A stretch of DNA of 26,718 nucleotides from a virus (lineage: Duplodnaviria > Caudoviricetes). Location of the stretch: the IMG/VR virus record IMGVR_UViG_3300011338_000520, positions 1-26,718 of that record. The stretch is one strand, 5' to 3'. The notes under the pieces were generated by a model that was given only the letters and a program-made list of their open reading frames with translations, was not told the DNA's origin and made no database searches. Shown piece by piece: positions 9,121-18,349 of the stretch (position 1 is the stretch's first letter; the number at the start of each line of letters is the position of its first letter). The translations under genes and the position numbers were made by a program.

Positions 9121-10842
9121 TTATGTATCCTCCGGCGCTTCACCTTTATCCTTCTCACCAGAATCGCGATATGAAACCGTGATTCCAGTTAGACGGAAGT
9201 TATGCGCATCACTGTTATAAAATTTTAAACTAAGACTTCTTCCTCTTCCAGTAATCTTCAACCTTTGCTTTCTAGTTGAAGTTCCCTGAAGCCTTGACTG
9301 ATCCAGAATGAACGAGTCAAGCTGGTTCGCTTTTCCAAGATTGAACGATTTTGTACCTTGCTTGCGACCTTCTATGAACCAATCCATAGACAGGGTTACA
9401 TTTCCTGTTGGAATGTACTCAATCTCAACAAAGTCATATAACTTGTTTCTTGGGTCCTTGAAATCCATGTGAGGAGTCTGGAACTCAGAAGTGTATACCG
9501 ATGCATCCGTTCCAACGTATCGTCCCGCTTGATCCATTAAGTATACAAGTCCGTCCGAACTGCCATACATTAGTTCATTTACGAGAGTTACGTTTTTACG
9601 AAGTCCCAAGCTATTAGGCTGGAAGGCAGTCAGGAAAATCGCTTTCGGAGTGTTTTCACTGTAATCAAACTTCACAAGGAAGTTATTTAAGAGCGAAGAA
9701 GCGCCCCGATAAAGGAAGTATGCCGCTCGTTTCGCTTCGTGCCAAATTGCTTGCTGTTGACCAATCCCAAGGGAAGAAGTGTTCTCGTCTACCAAGGTCT
9801 GGATTCCTAAAGCCCTGTAAACGTTCGCAGCTTCGATTCCACCTAGGTTTAGAGTGGCAGATAGACTTTGCAGCATCCGAGTGTCTTGGATCGCAAAAAC
9901 GTCATCCTGAAGGGCTATAACACCTAACGATGAGGCAACCCCAATGTCATTGTTCAGCTTTGCAAAGTACCAACCAATCGGATTCCCAATGTCTGGTTGC
10001 TGAAGTTGATAAAGACCTTTTGGGTACTTTAAAACATGGAGCTTATTTTTAAACTCGAAAGCCGCCTGAACTCGTTCCCCCTCGCCAGGGTAAACGTTAA
10101 AAAGGGCAGTATTGAATGTGGTCGTAATTGTAAAGTCTTCGTGGCCTAACTCTGTTGAAGAAACAGTATTAGAACTACCATACACAAAGTGAGGCAGATT
10201 GCTCTGACCGAAAACAAAAACACGGTTAAAGAAAGAAACGCCAGATACAGGATACCGATCATGTCCGGTGGATCCATCCCAGTCAGCAGCAGGCTTTTGG
10301 ATATTTCGTCTAGTAACTGTCCCATTCTCTAACACCTGAATTTGCGATCCACCCGTGAAGATGAATAGCTTCTTAGGATTAGATGTTCCACCTGTTCCCA
10401 AGAACTCACGTCCACACTCTACAAATGTTACCTGACCAATAATTGACAGTCTAGCAGGAGCGGTGTTTCCAGTGTCGTCCTCAACCGTAGAGGGAACTAC
10501 TTCAATAAATACATAAGGATTTGAATAGCTGTAGACTCGTCCGTTCTGGGTAACAACAATAAGCCTCTGAGTTGCAGAATCGGGCCACCAGTCATAAACG
10601 CCTACAATCTTAGCCGGCCCAAGCGCAGGATCATCAACGTCAACAATGTGATCATAGTCAACGCCGTTGTAACTGAAGAACTTAATGTAAACGTATGCTC
10701 CGAAACACTTCTCGGCTACACCATTTCTCAGTTGAACGTTCTTTGCTGAAATTAATCTGTTTTCTGGAATTAAATTAGGGGCGACGTCTGACATCAGACC
10801 GCCCTGACCTACTGGTATCTGGATCTGCTTTCCTTCATACAT
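9121..10842 (-). CDS. Tail nozzle / tail tubular protein B (T7 gp12 / P22 gp10-like); start ATG10842 (573 aa)
   Basis: N-terminal 'GGL...AP..IP.N....A.NV' pattern, beta-propeller-like body, C-terminal 'GRGRSLSLKF'; TAATG coupling to the adaptor gene. Confidence 0.8.
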   Translation of the reverse strand: MYEGKQIQIPVGQGGLMSDVAPNLIPENRLISAKNVQLRNGVAEKCFGAYVYIKFFSYNGVDYDHIVDVDDPALGPAKIVGVYDWWPDSATQRLIVVTQNGRVYSYSNPYVFIEVVPSTVEDDTGNTAPARLSIIGQVTFVECGREFLGTGGTSNPKKLFIFTGGSQIQVLENGTVTRRNIQKPAADWDGSTGHDRYPVSGVSFFNRVFVFGQSNLPHFVYGSSNTVSSTELGHEDFTITTTFNTALFNVYPGEGERVQAAFEFKNKLHVLKYPKGLYQLQQPDIGNPIGWYFAKLNNDIGVASSLGVIALQDDVFAIQDTRMLQSLSATLNLGGIEAANVYRALGIQTLVDENTSSLGIGQQQAIWHEAKRAAYFLYRGASSLLNNFLVKFDYSENTPKAIFLTAFQPNSLGLRKNVTLVNELMYGSSDGLVYLMDQAGRYVGTDASVYTSEFQTPHMDFKDPRNKLYDFVEIEYIPTGNVTLSMDWFIEGRKQGTKSFNLGKANQLDSFILDQSRLQGTSTRKQRLKITGRGRSLSLKFYNSDAHNFRLTGITVSYRDSGEKDKGEAPEDT

Positions 10843-11825
10843 TAGTAAGTCCAAACCCCGTACCAAGGACGCTTAGGACCAGAAGTCTGCTCCATTCTTG
10901 GAATCAATCGAGCACGGTCATAACTAGAACTAGATCTCTGAGCCTTCGCTTCCTTAACCATCGAAACAAAAGCCGCTTGAGTCTGTTGGTAAAACTTGTC
11001 AGCACTATTGTCGCCCTTATCAAGCAAGATGTAATAAGCGACTCCGTAAACCAGCGCCATACGATGAATGATCGGGCACATCGGGCTAGAGCTAGAAGAA
11101 TCGGTCAAAGCTGTTGGTATTTTGACGTAATCAATCTCAACCCTACACGCTTCGTTTGGGTTAGAGTTGATACGAGCAACATACTCGTTGGTAGCGACAT
11201 TTGCGTACTTAATTGCAAACTTATCTGGGATACAGGTACGAAGATACGTGAGAGGAAAGTCTCTCAACATGACGTTCATATCTGACATCTGAGCCTGCTG
11301 AGTATTGTTAGGAATACTTGCAGCGTTGATTCTCATTGCTCCAACAAGGCGAAGAACGTTAGTGCCAAGGCTATAATCAAGGGCATACAGATTACAGTTA
11401 TTAGTTGTAGAGTCCTTAATGTACGCCTGGTCAATGGTCGCAGTGGTCGATGTTCCAGAATGTGCTGAAATCCTGTAAAAGTCTGAATCCCCATCAAGAT
11501 TAAGGTAACGACCAAGAAGGTTTTCAGTAGGAGTAGTTTGAAAGGTAATGGTTGTAGAATTTTGAACAAGGGCAACATCAATCTGTACCACAGTCTTTAA
11601 TGCAAAACGAATCGGCTCAGCTTCAACTGCCCAAGGAAACGGCTCTCCCATTTCAACGTTGAACTCATTGGCCCCAGACAAGATAGCCATCTGAAGGCGG
11701 TTCAAGTAAGTAAGAGCGTCTGGTCTGAACTCAGAAACGTATTGTGCGCCAATTACGGCGTTTGACTCCCCAGCAAAGTCCAGAGCCATACTGATGATAT
11801 CTTGACACGTTGTCAGTACAGCCAC
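10842..11825 (-). CDS. Head-tail adaptor / tail tubular protein A with an inserted beta domain
   Basis: 327 aa, GTG start; helical N-terminus (DIISMALD...ALTYLNR), 'PFPW', C-terminal 'P.CP..HRMALVYG.AY' adaptor motif; directly upstream of the nozzle. Confidence 0.75.
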   Translation of the reverse strand: MAVLTTCQDIISMALDFAGESNAVIGAQYVSEFRPDALTYLNRLQMAILSGANEFNVEMGEPFPWAVEAEPIRFALKTVVQIDVALVQNSTTITFQTTPTENLLGRYLNLDGDSDFYRISAHSGTSTTATIDQAYIKDSTTNNCNLYALDYSLGTNVLRLVGAMRINAASIPNNTQQAQMSDMNVMLRDFPLTYLRTCIPDKFAIKYANVATNEYVARINSNPNEACRVEIDYVKIPTALTDSSSSSPMCPIIHRMALVYGVAYYILLDKGDNSADKFYQQTQAAFVSMVKEAKAQRSSSSYDRARLIPRMEQTSGPKRPWYGVWTY

Positions 11826-11834
11826 TTTTAAACC

Positions 11835-12581
11835 CTACTTTCTTACGAAATAAGCAACCATCAATGTATTGGACGCATTGTTTGATCCACTGAAGTAACC
11901 AACAACACCCTCTTTAGCATTTAATACTACACCCTCGCTTGGGCTTAGATCAAAGTCCACATAAGACAGGCTTGGTAAAGACTTCTGGTAATCAAACAAC
12001 TGAGCAACCCCAAGAGAGTTAGCCTGAACAGCAGTACTTGGAGCAGTCGTAGCAACTAGCTCAATGTAGTAATAAGAAGCGTCTCCGCCAACTGCGGCAG
12101 TTGATCCTTGTTGCCAATCCAAAGGAGGATTGAACATGATCACCTGTTCTCCAGCCGTGTAAGCAGATGGAGCACTTTCGGCAGTCAGGGTAACCATGTT
12201 TGTTCCATCGTAGTAACGAAGAACATAAACAGGAGATCCAGCCTCAGCCTGTGTGACGTTAAATCGAATAACCGAGAACTTCTCTTTGCATCCGATCATG
12301 AATCCATCGTTATTAGTCGTGCTGAAGATTGTGGTTGTGGTTCCAGCAAGTAACGTCGAATTCAAAGAAGCATCAGGAGTAGATGCAGCCGTAATCGAAT
12401 AACAAATCAAAGAATCAGTACTAAACTTCTTACCAATGCCAACATTGATAGCTCCACCTGTTCCGTTGAAAGCCTTGGCCTTCAAAAGCTCAATCTGAAG
12501 ATTGTCAGCTAAAAGTACGACCGGAGTATTACAAGTTTCCTTGTACGCCGACCTTGCTACTATGACGTTCTGTCTTGACAT
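11835..12581 (-). CDS. Putative virion structural protein (beta-rich)
   Basis: 248 aa; Ser/Thr/Ala/Gly-rich beta-strand pattern; within the head-tail block. Confidence 0.6.
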   Translation of the reverse strand: MSRQNVIVARSAYKETCNTPVVLLADNLQIELLKAKAFNGTGGAINVGIGKKFSTDSLICYSITAASTPDASLNSTLLAGTTTTIFSTTNNDGFMIGCKEKFSVIRFNVTQAEAGSPVYVLRYYDGTNMVTLTAESAPSAYTAGEQVIMFNPPLDWQQGSTAAVGGDASYYYIELVATTAPSTAVQANSLGVAQLFDYQKSLPSLSYVDFDLSPSEGVVLNAKEGVVGYFSGSNNASNTLMVAYFVRK

Positions 12582-12843
12582 TGGTTTCTACCTTTTCGTT
12601 TTGTTCGTACTTCTCGTGACGAGTGCCTTCTTCGGTGTAAACCTGACCAGCAAACTCTCCATCAGTGAAACGGTAAAGGATGAACTTACCGTCTTTGCAT
12701 TCTCGAATGTGATTTCTTACAGCTACAATCTCGCCAGTCTTTGGATCACGAAGCGCAGTGCGAAGGTCTAACTTCCCAGTGTGCTCATCCAAAATAGGCC
12801 ATACGATCTTAGTTGTTTTCTTTGTAAGGGTTTTTCTAGCCAT
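12529..12843 (-). CDS. Hypothetical protein
   Basis: 104 aa; GGAG RBS upstream; fills the operon gap; overlaps the next gene by 53 nt. Confidence 0.65.
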   Translation of the reverse strand: MARKTLTKKTTKIVWPILDEHTGKLDLRTALRDPKTGEIVAVRNHIRECKDGKFILYRFTDGEFAGQVYTEEGTRHEKYEQNEKVETNVKTERHSSKVGVQGNL

Positions 12844-12847
12844 TTAA

Positions 12848-13207
12848 TTATCTCCCGATTGCTACACATTTCAAAACTGTTGCAGCAGGGGTTGCTAGAG
12901 CTCCAAGCTCTACCAATGGTCCATCAGCAACAGCAGTATATTCTGCCTCATAGATTCTTATCTTAAGGTTTGATTTGTCAAATTTATAAACATAACCGTC
13001 GGCAGACATAGCGTCAGACATAAGCAAGTCTTGAACATCGTTTGGAAGTCCCATCTTGCCTTTGTCCAAAGGAATGCCGCCTGCTGGATAAGTCAATGCG
13101 CCATCTCCGAATGAAATGTCTACATCGTAACGCTTGTCTTTATCAGAGATAACACCTTGAGCTAGGTTTACCGAGTAACCCACATCAGAACTGGAAATAG
13201 CTGCCAT
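12848..13207 (-). CDS. Putative virion structural (head decoration-like) protein
   Basis: 119 aa; AGAGG RBS; 'YPAGG.PL' motif and C-terminal 'AIGR' typical of small head-associated proteins encoded after the MCP. Confidence 0.6.
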   Translation of the reverse strand: MAAISSSDVGYSVNLAQGVISDKDKRYDVDISFGDGALTYPAGGIPLDKGKMGLPNDVQDLLMSDAMSADGYVYKFDKSNLKIRIYEAEYTAVADGPLVELGALATPAATVLKCVAIGR

Positions 13208-13233
13208 TTTAAAATCCTCTTTAAATTTAATGA

Positions 13234-13279
13234 TCTAAGGGCAGCGCAGAACCCTACATGAAACTGCGCCACCCCTAGA
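13234..13279 (-). promoter_or_regulatory. Intergenic RNA stem-loop (16-bp stem, 14-nt loop)
   Basis: TCTAGGGGTGGCGCAG / CTGCGCTGCCCTTAGA pair fully on the minus strand with three G-U pairs; no U-tract follows. Confidence 0.7.
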
Positions 13280-13285
13280 ACTTTA

Positions 13286-13714
13286 TCACGCGCTCTCTAC
13301 GAAGCTAGCGTTGTTAACTAACGATTCAGGGCTGAAGTTTACGCCAACCATAGCGTATCCAGCACCAGCAGCACCGCCGCCAGCAGAAGCAGTTGTAACT
13401 TCAAACGAAATTACATCTCCAACTTGAAACTGAACCGGATCAATCATTTTTCCATAACGCTTTCCAGCGACAACGCCGGTTGGAATCGTAATGGTGTCAA
13501 TCGAAACTTCGCCAGAAGACGAACCAACGGTTGGACGCTTTTTAACAGTGACAACAATGTTTCCAGAAGAAACAGTTGCAGTCGAGATCAAGAAGCCAAT
13601 GAATTCTAGCATCACAGGGTTTTGGCAAACGAATTGATTTACAACCGCTGCCGATCCCAAAGACTGTGCTGCTACAACCAGAGGCAATGGACTAAGATTC
13701 TTTTGAACGTACAT
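13286..13714 (-). CDS. Putative capsid decoration / cement protein
   Basis: 142 aa; beta-sandwich-like, Val/Gly/Ala/Ser-rich; first structural gene after the MCP and the HNH insertion. Confidence 0.6.
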   Translation of the reverse strand: MYVQKNLSPLPLVVAAQSLGSAAVVNQFVCQNPVMLEFIGFLISTATVSSGNIVVTVKKRPTVGSSSGEVSIDTITIPTGVVAGKRYGKMIDPVQFQVGDVISFEVTTASAGGGAAGAGYAMVGVNFSPESLVNNASFVESA

Positions 13715-13715
13715 T

Positions 13716-14321
13716 TTATTTTCCCTCTAATTTACTACTTAAATCTTTGATTACCATATTGAGCCTTTCTATCTCCGCTTGCAAGTCAACCTTACGTTGT
13801 CCAGCAGGTTGGGATTTAGACCATAACTCTAGGTTCTCAATTCTATTGTCATCTCGGATTCCATTCTTGTGATGAACATTTTCATGCTTCTCAAGAAATC
13901 TTCCAAGATGTCTTTCCATAACGAGACGATGCTGCCTGATGAAGTAATTTCTACTACCTCTGGCTTTTCTTGCTTGTACCGTAGGATGGTCTGGAGCTGT
14001 CTCTTCAACATATCCGTTTGTAATCCTTGTTTTACCAGCAATAACAGGGTCCCTGTAATCGTAACCGCATCTCTTTGAGCAGAAGTGACCAGCGTGGTTC
14101 CCTCTTTTTTTAGCTCTTTCGAGATGACACCTGTGAACTTCGAATTCTTTTCCACAATATAGACAGTTCTTTTTTGTGGAACTTTTCCTAGAAAGGCCAA
14201 TACATCTATTAGAGCAAAGAGATGCATAACGCATATACTTTGAGCTCCATCTAGATATAAAAACCTTTCCACAGACTTTACATTCTCCATTCAGGTCAGG
14301 TCTTGTAACCTTTCTTCCCAT
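13716..14321 (-). mobile_element. Free-standing HNH homing endonuclease with two N-terminal Zn-binding repeats
   Basis: CKVCGK...CSNRC and CLYCGK...CSKRC; [12 protein letters not shown]...[21 protein letters not shown] is a canonical HNH_3-type motif; inserted right after the MCP. Confidence 0.9.
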
Positions 14322-14326
14322 TTATA

Positions 14327-14364
14327 AGGCCCCCTTTACTTGCAATTACAAATAAAAGGAGCCT
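14327..14364 (-). promoter_or_regulatory. Stem-loop sequestering the HNH gene RBS
   Basis: AGGCTCCTTTTATTTGTAATTGCAAGTAAAGGGGGCCT folds into a ~17-bp hairpin (4 G-U pairs); its 3' arm holds AAGGGGG and ends 5 nt before ATG14321. Confidence 0.75.
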
Positions 14365-14385
14365 ATGTAAATGAAAATAAAAGTA

Positions 14386-15339
14386 TCAGAGGCTACCCAA
14401 CTTAATCACCTTTGCCTCACCTGGCGACGCTGTGTCCCAAATGCTTCCAAACTCACAGATACCGTACCAAGCGATTGCTTTTTGACGACCGAAATCCCGA
14501 GGAATCTCAGCACGCAATTCTGGATCCAAAACAACAGCCATAGCTACTGCTTCTGAACCGAAGAATACGCCTTCGCCCAATACTCCGCCAGTTCCTACAG
14601 CGTTATCGAGAGCATCAAAGTTGTTGGACTCGATAATACGAATCCCTTCGATACGACCAATCTCGCTGTTGTACTTCGACTGAGGATCAGTGTACTTGTG
14701 CCATTGTTCAAAGTTAGGATCTGATTTCAGTCCTCGGCAAGCCTTAGTAGAAAGAATTCCGATATAATCAGAACCTTCGTAGCTAGGAACTTTCAAAGTA
14801 CCTTTCATGTAGTCGCGAATTTGCTCAACATGATACAAATTCAAGTTTGAACTTGCAGTTGCAGGATACGATCCGTTAGTTCCGAAAGAGATCGAGCCAG
14901 CTCCGGTAGGAGTAGCAGCAATCTTAACGTCGCTTGATTGGAAAGCGTCAGCAGCAGCAGAATCCATAACAATCGCCATCTGATCGCGCAAAGTACGTTG
15001 AATGATGTTCTCAACATCGTACTTCGACAAATCATCTGACAAACTGGTGTAAGGAACCGCACGGCCCCACTCAGTAACAGTGATAACTTTTGTTGAAAGG
15101 GTCAAAGCACTTTCAGGAATGTTTACACCTTCAGAAATCCGTCCATCGGATGGGATTGCCAAAGTAGAAACACGAGTGATTGTAATGCTCTCACCTTGTT
15201 TACGTCCATAACCAGCTTCCGGTCGGACAAATTGCATGAACTTCGTCTCTGCAATCGCTGCGTAACGCAATGATTCCGAAAGAGCTTGGTTCTTGTATGT
15301 TCCGGTCGGAGCATCCATCGTCCAGCTAAAATTAGCCAT
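14386..15339 (-). CDS. Major capsid protein (N4-gp56-family, HK97 fold)
   Basis: 317 aa; GGAGG RBS; motifs 'KFMQF', 'G.SITI.R', 'ITVTEWG', 'EIGRIEGIRII', 'DFGRQKAIAWYG'; follows the scaffold. Confidence 0.9.
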   Translation of the reverse strand: MANFSWTMDAPTGTYKNQALSESLRYAAIAETKFMQFVRPEAGYGRKQGESITITRVSTLAIPSDGRISEGVNIPESALTLSTKVITVTEWGRAVPYTSLSDDLSKYDVENIIQRTLRDQMAIVMDSAAADAFQSSDVKIAATPTGAGSISFGTNGSYPATASSNLNLYHVEQIRDYMKGTLKVPSYEGSDYIGILSTKACRGLKSDPNFEQWHKYTDPQSKYNSEIGRIEGIRIIESNNFDALDNAVGTGGVLGEGVFFGSEAVAMAVVLDPELRAEIPRDFGRQKAIAWYGICEFGSIWDTASPGEAKVIKLGSL

Positions 15340-15358
15340 TTAATGCCTCCAGGTTTTA

Positions 15359-15382
15359 CCGAAACACCCCTACGGTGCTCGG
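15359..15382 (-). promoter_or_regulatory. Small stem-loop between the scaffold stop and the MCP RBS
   Basis: CCGAGCACC-GTAGG-GGTGTTTCGG (9 bp with one bulge and one G-U). Confidence 0.5.
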
Positions 15383-16147
15383 CTATGAGTTAACGGGCTT
15401 TCGCGCCTTGGCCCGTGCCTTTAATTGCTCAACCATGTTCTGGGGAACAGTTACCTGAACACCAGTCCTAGTTGGTGCTCCACTAGAAGATCCTGCAACT
15501 CTGGCTGTTGTAGACTGTAACTCTTCAGTTGCAGACACTTCGCCTCGAATTGCAGCCACTTCACGTCGAGCTGCTTGCGCTACTATAGATAATTGCTCAC
15601 TTTCACCCTTTCCTGCAAGAGAATTATCCTGACTTAATCGGGCTGCTACTGCTTGAACCAAAGTACGAGCGTTCTTTAGGTCTGGATAAGTTGAGTAAAA
15701 TTGTTGCTCAATCTGTTGTTGGCGCTGGGTGGAAGTCATCTTTTCTTCCAAACGACGAACAGCGCGTTCCTCTACAAGCTGGGTATATCGTTTGGTGTCA
15801 GTGAAAATCAGGTCTTCCAAGTTCTCTTCTTGAACTGGTTGAGTTGTTTGAGGATGGAACTGGCTCTGTACGGCCTCAAAACGCCCCTTTGTAGTCTCTA
15901 GCTCAGCAACATAACCCTGAAGCTCTTGCTCACTAGAAAACTCTCGGTTTCCCAATCGAATCTTCTTAGGGGCTTCAGTCTTTGGCTCTTGAGTAGTGAC
16001 TGGATCAGTAGTCGTATCTCCAGCGATAGTGTCAGGCATGAAGTCCATCGAAGGAGCAGGGTTTGCTTTTGCTGATTGAGCGTTAGCAATCTGATCCGCG
16101 AATCCTGTCTTAGTTTCCGTGGTAGTAGTTTCAGTATTGGTATTCAT
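15383..16147 (-). CDS. Capsid scaffolding protein
   Basis: 254 aa; acidic, Thr/Pro-rich disordered N-terminus, coiled coil, 'FYSTYPDL' motif, basic C-terminal helix; between portal and MCP. Confidence 0.8.
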   Translation of the reverse strand: MNTNTETTTTETKTGFADQIANAQSAKANPAPSMDFMPDTIAGDTTTDPVTTQEPKTEAPKKIRLGNREFSSEQELQGYVAELETTKGRFEAVQSQFHPQTTQPVQEENLEDLIFTDTKRYTQLVEERAVRRLEEKMTSTQRQQQIEQQFYSTYPDLKNARTLVQAVAARLSQDNSLAGKGESEQLSIVAQAARREVAAIRGEVSATEELQSTTARVAGSSSGAPTRTGVQVTVPQNMVEQLKARAKARKPVNS

Positions 16148-16160
16148 AGGGTTTTACCTT

Positions 16161-16415
16161 TCATATTGATTGTTTAGCGTCTGCCATCCTGGACTTGGCA
16201 ATAGCCTTGTCCAAAGTTCTTGAAAGCTCTCGATACTCGTTAAGCGTATGAGCAAGTGCGATGTACTGGGTACCATCGTAAACACTCGTCCTAACCAAGT
16301 TATCCATCTTTCCTAATAGTTGAGAAATTCTGTCGTCAATAAACTCTTTAAAGAACCGAGAGGCAATCTCAGCTTGAGTGCCCCTCTCAACTACGCGTAG
16401 GATTTTTTCGTCCAT
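16161..16415 (-). CDS. Small helical protein between portal and scaffold
   Basis: 84-aa helical ORF in a position commonly occupied in podoviruses. Confidence 0.7.
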   Translation of the reverse strand: MDEKILRVVERGTQAEIASRFFKEFIDDRISQLLGKMDNLVRTSVYDGTQYIALAHTLNEYRELSRTLDKAIAKSRMADAKQSI

Positions 16416-16417
16416 AA

Positions 16418-18349
16418 TTAACCCCTTGGTCCGTTAGGTTGCGGCCTTCCTTGAGGAGATCCACTCATTGAGCCGGTATTCTCACTTCCAGCTTGAGGAG
16501 AGTTACCAGGCGCAGAGTTCTTCCCGCCGACATTTCCTCCAGCGTTCATCATCTGCTGCATCTGCATTGCTTGCATCATTCTTTGTTGAGCCGCCATTTG
16601 TTCTTGTGGATCCATCTTAAGACGTTCTGTGTTTACGTCAAGCGATCTTAAGATCTCTTCCATAAGTTTTCCCATCGAGTACTTCGCAGAAAACTCCTGA
16701 ACAAGAAGAGGGCTTGCAGAGATCGTCTGAAGGAAAGCTGTGACTTTCCGATAATCCTTCATCTTGGCAAGGGTCTTAGACATTCCAAATACCTTGAAAA
16801 CGTTTCCACCAAACATATTGGTAAAAATCTCTTCTGAAGAAAGATTCATCACAGAAGCAGCTCTAATTTCACCTAACAAATCTCTCATTTCGTTCTTATC
16901 TAGACGTGAAATGTGCTGAAGAAGTGTAAGCCATAGCTTACGAAGGATTGGCTCAATACACTGATCTTCAATTACTTTTGAGATCCCACCGAATACAGAA
17001 GTAATCGTTTGGTTCGCCTCAACGACTTCAGTTGCTTTAACAGCGCGTCCAGGAAGATTGCCCATGCGAAGATCGTTCGTCATTGCGGAGACGTTGAACT
17101 CTGCTTGGATGTTCTGAAACATCGCAAGGGCATCTTGTGGAACCGAAGAGGTATCAACCCTCTCCAACACTTTAGAACCAGGAGGAGCTACAGAACTTAC
17201 TGTGATCGTAGTTCCAGGAGGAATTCCATCACTGAAGTCAGAATCGTTCTCAGCATAATCCGGTCGGTACTGCTTAATGCCGAAAACGCTCATCATAGCG
17301 CCATCAACCATCAAGTTCCAAAGCTCGTTCTGCGTAATGTTGTTTGCAGATGGGGCATCCATCATGGCCGTGTGCCATACAGATCCAGGAACTCGAATGA
17401 TAGGACAAGCTACGAAAGGGCTTTCACCATGCCAAAACGGGTTAGGGCTAGGACCAGCAATAAGAAAGTTGTCATTAGCAATAGTCCAAGTAACGTTCTC
17501 ATGAAGAATGTCTCCCGTTTGTTGGTCTACAATCGTACCCCAGTACTCGTTAATCTTAACTTTCTGACGGCTGACAAGTGGAATGTTTTGATTGGTTTCA
17601 CGAGCATGCTCTAGCTTGTAGTTCCAATCTTCAGCGTAATCCTTACCGATTGCTTCAACAGCAGCTTTATCATAAAGAGGGTCATCACCTTCAGAAAGAG
17701 CCTTTACCTCGAAGTAATCAAGGAACAACTCCTCCATCTCGTAAAGACCTTTTCCAGATGGGTCTACATAGTAATTCTCTGGCTGAATAAGTTTAAGCCT
17801 TGGCTCCCAAGGTTTCTTAAATCCACGTTTAATCTTTTGCTTAATCTTTTCTCCAACAACTTCTTCTTCGAAAACAAAGAAAGGCTTTTTAGTGTACTCA
17901 CCATAAACCTTAACAATCATTACAGACGCAAGAAGTCCGGTCTTTGTCATGTCTCCAACAAAAGGGAGCCAATCCATCTTCTCAAGATATCGATCAACAA
18001 TCTTTTTACACTCGTCCTTCGTGATAAGAACGTTTTGCTCATCTCTCCCTGGAGCGTACTCCGCTCTCCACCAGTCAGTCACATCAACGAATGATTGCTG
18101 GAAGAACTGAACAGACTGCTCAACAGCCATTTTCTGCTTAGGTAAAAACTCACGGCTTTGACCAGGCTTCTTGTGAGAATAGTCTTGGCGCATGTGATAA
18201 ACGTCCCAATTCCTACGATTGAGAACTTCGCGGTTTCTTCTAGCCTCTTGAGCCTCACGCTTGTAGACTTCGCTGATCTGGATGATGTTTCCGCTGTTAT
18301 CTACCTTGGCCGTTTCGACTGTTTCTAGTTCCATTTGTTTCTCCGCCAA
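16418..18349 (-). CDS. Portal protein (P22-like podovirus type)
   Basis: 643 aa; 'YYVDPSG', 'NPFWHGESPFV', 'ATEV' motifs; Gln/Met/Pro/Gly-rich tail; follows TerL. Confidence 0.9.
   Translation of the reverse strand: MAEKQMELETVETAKVDNSGNIIQISEVYKREAQEARRNREVLNRRNWDVYHMRQDYSHKKPGQSREFLPKQKMAVEQSVQFFQQSFVDVTDWWRAEYAPGRDEQNVLITKDECKKIVDRYLEKMDWLPFVGDMTKTGLLASVMIVKVYGEYTKKPFFVFEEEVVGEKIKQKIKRGFKKPWEPRLKLIQPENYYVDPSGKGLYEMEELFLDYFEVKALSEGDDPLYDKAAVEAIGKDYAEDWNYKLEHARETNQNIPLVSRQKVKINEYWGTIVDQQTGDILHENVTWTIANDNFLIAGPSPNPFWHGESPFVACPIIRVPGSVWHTAMMDAPSANNITQNELWNLMVDGAMMSVFGIKQYRPDYAENDSDFSDGIPPGTTITVSSVAPPGSKVLERVDTSSVPQDALAMFQNIQAEFNVSAMTNDLRMGNLPGRAVKATEVVEANQTITSVFGGISKVIEDQCIEPILRKLWLTLLQHISRLDKNEMRDLLGEIRAASVMNLSSEEIFTNMFGGNVFKVFGMSKTLAKMKDYRKVTAFLQTISASPLLVQEFSAKYSMGKLMEEILRSLDVNTERLKMDPQEQMAAQQRMMQAMQMQQMMNAGGNVGGKNSAPGNSPQAGSENTGSMSGSPQGRPQPNGPRG

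Noticed and set aside
13716-14386. Intron-split major capsid gene or T7 10B-type frameshift extension
   Set aside because: The MCP ends at a plausible family C-terminus, no slippery site is evident near the stop, and the HNH gene has its own RBS and looks free-standing
12529-18349. Two gene overlaps of exactly 53 nt (terL/portal and 104-aa/248-aa genes)
   Set aside because: No shared sequence; most likely coincidence
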